DNA of 10,555 nt from Selaginella moellendorffii (lineage: Eukaryota; Plantae; Lycopodiophyta), in assembly GCF_000143415.4 (NCBI RefSeq), contig NW_003314593.1, forward strand, positions 1 through 10,555, given 5' to 3'. The notes beneath the pieces are model-generated. The model was not told where the DNA came from. It saw only the letters and a list, made by a program, of their open reading frames with translations, and made no database searches. This document shows, piece by piece, positions 1 through 6,600 of the stretch. A program made the translations under genes and the position numbers. The first letter of the stretch is position 1. Every line of letters starts with the position of its first letter.

Positions 1-182
1 CTTTAGGTGTTTATCGTGGGATTGGACATTTGGAGCATTTGGACCAAGTGCAAAAGTTGAGTGGCATACAAGTCATTCATGAGGCTAGCAAGTCCTTAAG
101 ATGGGAATAAAATTTATAAAAATGGTGAGTGAAACTCCTCCAAATGGTCAAATGTGTGGTTAAATGATTTAATTGCTTACGT

Positions 183-1004
183 AAGGAGGATGTTTTAAAT
201 ATTATTTTCTATAACCCATTTAATTTATATGAATTTTTTATGATGCTGTATAGATTGAATAATTCTTTGGAGACTTTTTGGATGATATTCTTTACAATAT
301 GTTAAAGGTGACTATTAATTTCATTGATAATGTTTTGATCCACTTTAAGGGGACATAGGAGGAACACACTTGTGATGTTTGTAAAACATTGGGATCAGCT
401 ATAGGAAGTTAATTTGACATTGATACAGTTAAAATGCATATATCTTAAGTATTATATTTTTCATGAAAATTTACAAATTGATTTTGACAAACTTGTGGAT
501 ATTATGAAGTTCTCTACTCCAAAGTGCGTGAACAATATGCAACACTTTCTTGGCAAGGTGTAATATCTTTTTCATGTTATTGTCTTTTTTATCATTGCAA
601 GCATTAATGAAGTTGTTCATACTATTTTTCATCTAATTTGGGATTGTGAATAGACATTCATAGATCTTAAAGATGTGTTGACAATTTTTCTAGTTTTTGA
701 GTATTTTAACTACACTCAACCTTTTGTAAATGCTTTTGACATTATCTCAAAGGTGTGTTGTTGCAAAAGAGCATGATTGTGTTTGGTTAATATAATTCTA
801 TTGTGTATATTAGCCATATGTTGCAACTAATGGAGGTGAACTACTCCATGAAAACAAAACTTTCAAAAAGATTTATGCGTATTTGCATAGTTTTTAGACA
901 TTGTTAAAAGGTGATTATATTGCAGTCTTTTCATTATTAAGAGGAAGAATTTTGCTAGTGTAATGCATGTGATCATGGGATGAAATTTGGATATATTGTT
1001 ATTG
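183..1004 (+). pseudogene. Degenerate Ty3/gypsy pol: reverse transcriptase plus RNase H remnant
   Basis: Manual translation across frameshifts and stops gives motifs in gypsy order. KEDVLNIIFYNPFNLYEFFMMLYRLNNSLETF (from 183) resembles EEDIPKTAFxTPFGLYEFxVMPFGLxNAPATF. LDDILYNMLKVTINFIDNVLIHFKGT*EEH resembles the YxDD region. DQL*EVNLTLIQLKC and QIDFDKLVDIMKFSTPKCVNNMQHFLGKV*YL resemble the thumb (PxxVKxLQxFLG). RNase H-like DCE*TFIDLKDVLT..YTQPFV, GVLLQ..IVYISHMLQLMEVNYS follow. Confidence 0.9.
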
Positions 1005-1279
1005 NNNNNNNNNNNNNNNNNNNNNNNNNNNNNNNNNNNNNNNNNNNNNNNNNNNNNNNNNNNNNNNNNNNNNNNNNNNNNNNNNNNNNNNNNNNNNNNN
1101 NNNNNNNNNNNNNNNNNNNNNNNNNNNNNNNNNNNNNNNNNNNNNNNNNNNNNNNNNNNNNNNNNNNNNNNNNNNNNNNNNNNNNNNNNNNNNNNNNNNN
1201 NNNNNNNNNNNNNNNNNNNNNNNNNNNNNNNNNNNNNNNNNNNNNNNNNNNNNNNNNNNNNNNNNNNNNNNNNNNNNNN
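1005..1279. other. Assembly gap (275 N)
   Basis: Run of N bases. Confidence 1.
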
Positions 1280-2593
1280 CTGCAGTATGAGTGGATGACT
1301 AGTTGCCTTACATGGAATAGCTAGTTTACACAATGAAAAGATTGGTAAATTCAATATGGAAATAGAAGTGTTGCTAATTCAATATGGAAATAGCATGATC
1401 TAACATTGCTAATAGAGTTGAGTTTACTTTTACGATTGCTATAAGTTGATAATATTAGGACCTGGGATTAATATTTGATGACCATTCTTGCACTACTTGG
1501 AGCAAAGTTTGTTAAACACTTCTGCCACATATAAATGAGATAATAGTAATGTTATGTGGAGTATAAAGGTGTCACGAATGTGATTTTGGGTATCGAAAGT
1601 TACTTGTCGGCTAGTCCTTACGGACACAATTTCCTTACTGCCACGATAGCAGGAGGTCAGTATTGTTGGACCCGTTATCAGTTCCCACTTGGGCTAGTTG
1701 AGTATGATCAGCAAAAAACACATAGAGGTTCCTACTTTATATTTATCCAATCTAAGTGCATGGTTATTGACCAATTTTGGCCTAGTTTGAGAAACTTGTG
1801 TCATTGGCTTGTACTTGCTAGTATTAAGAACCTGCGCAATATTGAGCTTGGTCCCTCAATATTGCTAGATGATAGCTTATCGTGTTTGCCAAACACCCTT
1901 GCTATCATACCTTTTGTGTTAGTCTCATTTTGGTCTCAAATGCTATTTATAGAAAGTGTTTAAATTTATTTATTTGGCATATCTACGGAATGTAGAGATT
2001 CTCATGAACACAATGATGTTCGTCTCGTGTCCAAATTTGCAATCTAAGAACATTCCATATTTAGTAAGTTTCAAGCTTGTTTTAGAGACTAACTTTTGGT
2101 ACTAAGGGAGGCTTGGGGTGAAAGCCCAAAGCATGTGTTCCTCAAAGGGGGGGGAGGGAGGCTATGGGGAGTTTTAAATGTATAGTAGGGATAGTGGGTA
2201 GGTCGTACATAGCCGATCAACCTGAGGCATAGTTTAACTCCTACTTACATGCTTGTCTTTGTTTTGCATTTGGCTTAGGTCTAAGCCCAAGTTCCACACC
2301 ATATTAGCTAGTGAAGTACCCATGTCTTTATGTTAGGCCACCGGTATTCCAAAATAGCACTAAATTCCGTTTGGCTCTGTTTTGCATGCTGATCCTGTCA
2401 TTAGGATATTGGTTGCTCTATGACTGTTTCAAGTCACTCTAGGCTCCTGTCCCTTCACTCCTTTGGCTATATGCTTGGGAGTTGCTTTGTGGTCCAGTTC
2501 CGTCACTTAGCTCTATGCTTGGTAGTTTGGGATTTGTTCCTTCGTTTAGTGGCCCAAGGCCTTGAACCTCGGGTTCCACACCACTGTCCTTTG

Positions 2594-2635
2594 GACACGT
2601 GGCATGTGACACATGGCATATGACACATGGCACAT
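2594..2635. promoter_or_regulatory. Three tandem 14-bp units, ABRE/G-box-like, in the putative U3 of the solo LTR
   Basis: GACACGTGGCATGT GACACATGGCATAT GACACATGGCACAT. The first unit contains canonical CACGTGGC. The other two differ by CG->CA, the expected methyl-C decay. Confidence 0.6.
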
Positions 2636-2662
2636 GGAGGGTTTAGATTCCGCTTCATAGTG

Positions 2663-2691
2663 TTATCCTATGGTAAATCACCATAGGATAA
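2663..2691. repeat. Perfect 12-bp inverted repeat (hairpin) near the LTR end
   Basis: TTATCCTATGGT-aaatc-ACCATAGGATAA. Confidence 0.85.
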
Positions 2692-3179
2692 AAGGTAAAA
2701 ACCAAGTGCGCTACAAAAGTGGATGATTGGTATTTGTTTATTTTCCCAATTTTATAGTGTATAATTTACCTAATGGGCTCTTTGCTTAGTAGAAAGGATT
2801 GTATCAAGTGTTGTGGCAAGTTAGATTCCAAATTTATGATCATCACCAATTTATGTCATCATTGTGGTGAACTTGGATAACTAAGGATATATCATATTTT
2901 CACAAGTGTTTATCATCCTCAAATGAATGATTTGGTGAAATAGCTGATTGGACCTTTAAAAGGATGATCACAATGTATAAGAATTTTTAATATTGAGATT
3001 AGGATTGTTATTTTTCATGTCTTCAATATGTGTATATCATAGGGGTATAGGGTGTTTTACCATATAAAGTATTATATATGGTCATGATCTAACATTACCA
3101 ATAGAGTTCAATTTACTTTTACAATTGCTATGAGTTGCTAGGACCTGGGATTAATATTTGATTACCATTCTTGCACTAC

Positions 3180-3377
3180 TGTAAACTTTTGAATCTGGAC
3201 TTTCCGGGAGGTCACCACCCAACTCAGTATTATTCAAACCCAAGGACACTTAACCCCAAATATCCCAAGACCCTTAATTGATTGGAAAAGGGGGTGCACT
3301 CTTTCTCATGGGCCTTTTCTTTTTATATTTAAACCCCTATGGATCATCTCTCAAGTCGTTCTTTTTAGTTACTTATA
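3180..3377 (-). mobile_element. 198-bp solo LTR carrying a 5S rRNA-derived segment (Cassandra-like TRIM LTR)
   Basis: Perfect 5-bp TSD ACTAC (3175-3179 and 3378-3382). Termini TGTAA...TTATA (TG..CA with one transition). The empty site TTCTTGCACTACTTGGAGC is present in the paralog at about 1485-1503. Internal 5S similarity at 3197-3254. Confidence 0.85.
3197..3254 (-). promoter_or_regulatory. 5S rRNA-derived internal control region (A box, IE, C box); not a full 5S gene
   Basis: Minus strand GTTAAGTGTCCTTGGGTTTGAATAATACTGAGTTGGGTGGTGACCTCCCGGAAAGTCC versus a remembered plant 5S segment GTTAAGCGTGCTTGGGCGAGAGTAGTACTAGGATGGGTGACCTCCCGGGAAGTCC. About 44/55 identities by hand, plus a 3-nt (GGT) insertion. 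The 5' 50 nt of 5S are absent. Confidence 0.85.
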
Positions 3378-4012
3378 ACTACTTGGAGCGAAGTTTGTTA
3401 AACATTTTTACCGCATATAAATGAGATAATAGCAATGTTATAATTCTCATTATTATCCATATCTAGAGTATAAAGTGGATGATTGGTATTTGTTTATTTT
3501 TCCAAATTTATAGTATATAATTTACCTAAAGGGCTCTTTGCTTAGTAGAAAGGATTGTATCAAGTGTTGTGGCAAGTTAGATTCCAAATTTATGATCATC
3601 ACCAATTTAGGTCATCATTGTGGTGAACTTGGATATTATAAAACTGATTATTCACAATTAAAGAATAAGTAATAAAGAAAAAAGAATAGTTAATCTTTTA
3701 TTAGCATTAAGTTGAATATTAAAAAGTTGCAAAATTTGCAAAGTAAAGATGAAAAAAAAGACTATTCTGATTAAAGGAAGAGACTTTTAATCACTATTTG
3801 ATAACTCAACTATATGTAGAATAATTAAAGGAACCTCAAGAGAAGGCATAACATAGTTTATGCAAGGTTAAACATCTTTGTCTTTGTTATTTAGTGCTGG
3901 GTCATAACAGTGTATTATTTGAAGTTGTTGAAGTTCGGAAGCTAGACAACTTGCATCCCTCATAAAGCATTGTTTGTAATACATAGAAATACTGTTCTTC
4001 TTTATTCAGAAT

Positions 4013-4254
4013 TCAAGATTGCTCCTTTAGTGGGATATGGCTGAAATCAAATATCTTCTTGAGACCGAAAATAAGTTTCTCTGCATCTTGATCTCCATCT
4101 GATGACGATTCTTCCACCATATAAACAACAGCATCATCCCTAATATTGTCCTCGAACTCCACATGCTCTCCATCACTAAAAACAGCTTCTCCTCCTTCCT
4201 CTGAACCACCTGAGCTTGACGATGAACTCAGAATGGACTCATAGGATGTTGTAT
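4013..4254 (-). CDS. Putative terminal exon encoding an acidic, Ser-rich peptide (unknown gene, possibly a pseudogene)
   Basis: Acceptor TTGTTCTTTTTTAG|ATAC at 4255/4254, then an open frame DTTSYESILSSSSSSGGSEEGGEAVFSDGEHVEFED...LKEQS*. Upstream GTAAGT donors at 4451 and 4573 suggest further small exons, but I could not build a clean upstream frame. Confidence 0.4.
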
Positions 4255-4603
4255 CTAAAAAAGAACAAATAAAAAGTTTTGTGTCTGCTAAATTCAATGT
4301 CATACAACAGTTTCAAAAAGCAAATTGGTGGCAGAAGTATGTGTGCTTGGTAACAAGATGCAGCTCAACAGCAAACATGACCAAAATTTACTTGCATTTT
4401 CCTGCATGACGTAAAGCATAAGCTTTAAGGAGAATGATAGAGAGCACTTACCTTGTGAATTCAATGCTCTTCAAGTTTTGTCATGTCAGGAAGTTTGCAT
4501 GTTAAGAATGGCACATCTAGGGTAAGCATCTAAACATTCACCAACAAAGAAAGCACATAAAGACTGTACTTACTATAGCTACCATCTCGTTTCTTTGTTT
4601 TCT

Positions 4604-4815
4604 TCTGGAAAGTTTACTGAGGTCAGATGGTATCCAGTAGCTGGTTTGATGAGCACTCTCAAGCTGGAAGCATTAGAAACCAGCTCCAGGGACTTGTTCC
4701 AGACTCAAGTCTAGATATTGAGAGATGAGAATGTGTAAACATCTTCTGGGATGCAGCCTGTGAGCTGGTTCCAGCGTGCCTGAGTTTCAAGAGCCAGGGC
4801 GCTGCCTAAGTCACT
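4604..4815 (-). pseudogene. Plant extracellular leucine-rich-repeat (LRR-RLK/RLP-like) fragment, frameshifted
   Basis: SDLGSALALETQARWNQLTGCIPEDVYTFSSL, then shifted frames QYLDLS, LELVSNASSLRVL, SNQL, IPSDLSKLSR. These match the plant eLRR consensus LxxLDLSxNxLxGxIP. Confidence 0.75.
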
Positions 4816-4899
4816 GCCGAGAAATGTAAACGAACGCATTAAAGTGAAATACATTAAGTAAGGGTTAGGGCATTAAAGGCATTTTGCAAAGGGCAAGCT

Positions 4900-6600
4900 A
4901 TGGCGCGAACAGAGCAGGAGCGCAGTGGATGCGTCACAGGTTTGTGGTCTCTCTTTCGACCAAAAAAGGCGCACAAGGGCGACAACAAGGTCCACCCGGA
5001 AGCCATGGACGCGGCGGCCTCGAAGCTGAAGGTCCAAGATCGTGTCTGTGAGGCCGTCTCGGGAGAAGCCATGGACGCCGCCGCCTTGAAGTTGAAGGAA
5101 CTCAGGCACGAGGTGAAAATCGTCTTAGAAGCGATACGACAGGAGCGAGGGCACAAGGAGCTGATCAAGCCGATCAAGCCGGAACAAGAGAAGGAGGACG
5201 AAGAGGAGAATCAAGAGAAGAAAGCGGAGCAGCTGAAGGAAGAGAAGAAAGCCGAGCAGGTGAACGAGGAGGAGAAAGAAGCCGATCAGATGAAGCCGAT
5301 GAAGCTGGAAGAAGAGGAGGAAAAGGAAGCCGAGAAGCAGCTGAAGGAGGAGGAGCAAGAGAAGAAAGCTGAGCAGCTGAGCGAGGAGGAGCAGGAGAAA
5401 GAAGCCCATGAGACGAAGGAACTCAGGCGCGAGGTGAAACAGGAGCAAGGTCACAAGGAGCAGCCGCAGCTGGAACGAGAGGAGAAGAATCAGCCGAATC
5501 AGCCGATCAAGCCGATCAAGCCGATGAAGCAAGAGCAGGAACAGGAGGAGGAGCAGCGGATGAAGCCGATGAAGCAGCAGCTGGAACAAGAGGAGGAGCA
5601 GATGATCAAGCCGATCAAGCAGCCTCTGGAACGGGAAGACGATCAAGAGAAGATGAAGCAGCAGGAGAATGACAAGCCCAAGCAGGAGGAGCAGCGACCC
5701 AAGCCAATTCTACTGCCAGCCGGGGGTCGTCGTCCAGGTATGGTTCCTTTTGCTTCTCGCATTCTTCTTCTACTGTGACTCACGATGGCCTTCTGGACTT
5801 GCAGGTTCCAGGCCGAAGATGGTTCGCTTCTCTTCCTCAGCGGAGGACATTCTTCCCGACGGCACCCGACGGCGGAGTGAAACCCATCTTAGCGATGGCC
5901 GAGGGGGCTATGTTGAGTTCGCGTATCTCGAAGCTTTCCACAAGGCAAACCGGTGGCTAAACCAGAGGGGAAAAACCGAGAAGAAGATCCGCAGCTTGGA
6001 AGAGGAAAAGCGCGAGGAAACAGAAGAGGAGAAGCACGAGGAAAAGTCTTGGAGTGTTAGCGCGCTCCGGATTCTGATCAGACTCACCGAGCAGCTTTAC
6101 GAGGAGCTCAACGGCAAATCCAGCGACCGAGAGAGGATCAAGCGAGCGCGGAAGATGATGAGGCTCCAGAAAATGCTGGATAGGATCCCGAGTGAGAGGA
6201 AACCGTGGAAGAAGCTTCAGTCCGGCGAGGTGGTCTTCGTGAAGGAGGCAAAAGAACTATATGATCGTGTGGGGAGAGATTTTGTTGCCGAATTCAAGAG
6301 GAGACAGGTAAGTTTGATATACCTTCCAGATTCCAGATGGCCGTTTGCTAATAACTTCCGTGTTTGTTGTAGAGAGCTGAAGTGAACGATGAGTGTTTGT
6401 TTTGTCGGAACCATGATGGCGAGAAGATGATCGGCCGGGCTGGAGCGAACTCTAAGACGACTAGACCCTGGGTTTACCTGAGAAGAGAACACGAGCAAAC
6501 TGTTCTAAGCACGTCGAAGAAACGAGAGATGAAGTTGGCTCCGAGCTCGAGAAGTTGGCTGCAAGGATTGGTCAACTGGAGGCCAGTGCTCGGACTCTAG
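4900..6600 (+). CDS. Three-exon Glu/Lys/Gln-rich low-complexity protein, about 522 aa (exons 4900-5737, 5805-6307, 6373-6600)
   Basis: Intron 1 is 5738-5804 (CAG|GTATGG...TTGCAG|G, 67 bp) and intron 2 is 6308-6372 (CAG|GTAAGT...TTGTAG|A, 65 bp). They join three listed ORFs in frame (GGRRP-G-SRPKMVRF; FKRRQ-RAEVNDECL...PVLGL*). 838+503+228 = 1569 nt. No recognised domain. Confidence 0.7.
4996..5630 (+). repeat. Internal coding repeats of the E/K/Q-rich gene
   Basis: EAMDAAAxKLK x2; KELRxEVK..QExGHKE x2; KKAEQ x3; multiple IKPIK/MKPMK units from AAGCCGAT(C/G) 9-mers. Confidence 0.85.

Larger units (their letters stand above)
1570..2715 (-). mobile_element. Solo LTR (1146 bp) of an LTR retrotransposon
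   Basis: Ends TGTCAC...GCTACA (TG..CA). Flanked by a near-perfect 5-bp TSD, AAAGG (1565-1569) / AAAGT (2716-2720). The paralogous copy shows the empty site GTATAAAGTGGATG (about 3468-3481). Minus orientation is inferred from a TATA-like CTATACATTTAAAAC followed by a C/T-rich tract (about 2185-2145) and the enhancer-like repeats near 2600. Confidence 0.85.
1280..3635 (+). pseudogene. Degenerate Ty3/gypsy integrase (core end and GPY/F region), partly duplicated and interrupted by two solo LTRs
   Basis: FTSVYHPQMNDLVK* at 2899-2943 resembles TxxYHPQTNGxVER. LPYKVLY / YGHDLTLPIEF near 3057-3110. LEYKVDDWYLF resembles FKVGDxVLL (near 3463-3495). PKGLFA**KGLYQVLWQV resembles KLxxRWxGPYxV (near 3525-3580). 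A weaker DD*LPYME motif lies just after the gap. Confidence 0.85.
1394..3635 (+). repeat. Direct duplication of about 335-350 bp of integrase remnant: copy 1 = 1394-1569 + 2721-2879; copy 2 = 3083-3179 + 3383-3635
   Basis: Both copies start CATGATCTAACATT and end GTGGTGAACTTGGATA. Long near-identical stretches (e.g. CTTAGTAGAAAGGATTGTATCAAGTGTTGTGGCAAGTTAGATTCCAAATTTATGATCATCACCAATTT) with scattered substitutions and small indels. Confidence 0.95.

Noticed and set aside
863-1354. ORFs of 103-163 aa spanning the N run
   Set aside because: Artefacts of the assembly gap (mostly X).
1556-1963. 135-aa ORF, and small ORFs at 2420-2633
   Set aside because: Lie in or across the boundary of the solo LTR with no recognisable motif; likely chance.
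3197-3254. A true 5S rRNA gene or a 5S-derived SINE
   Set aside because: The 5' half of 5S is missing, there is no tandem array or A/T tail, and it sits inside TG..TA ends with a 5-bp TSD typical of LTR integrase.
1394-3635. The two ~340-bp direct repeats as LTRs of a TRIM
   Set aside because: They lack TG..CA ends, PBS and PPT, and both they and the spacer translate to integrase motifs.
4860-4871. AGGGTTAGGG telomere/telo-box-like motif upstream of the ATG
   Set aside because: Single imperfect short match; cannot be distinguished from chance.
5490-5625. CRISPR-like or prokaryotic repeat system
   Set aside because: Repeats are codon-phased coding units without unique spacers, and the window is spliceosomal-intron-containing plant DNA.
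5125-5646. Leu-rich 173-aa minus-strand ORF resembling a membrane protein
   Set aside because: Antisense shadow of the GAG/AAG/CAG-rich coding strand.
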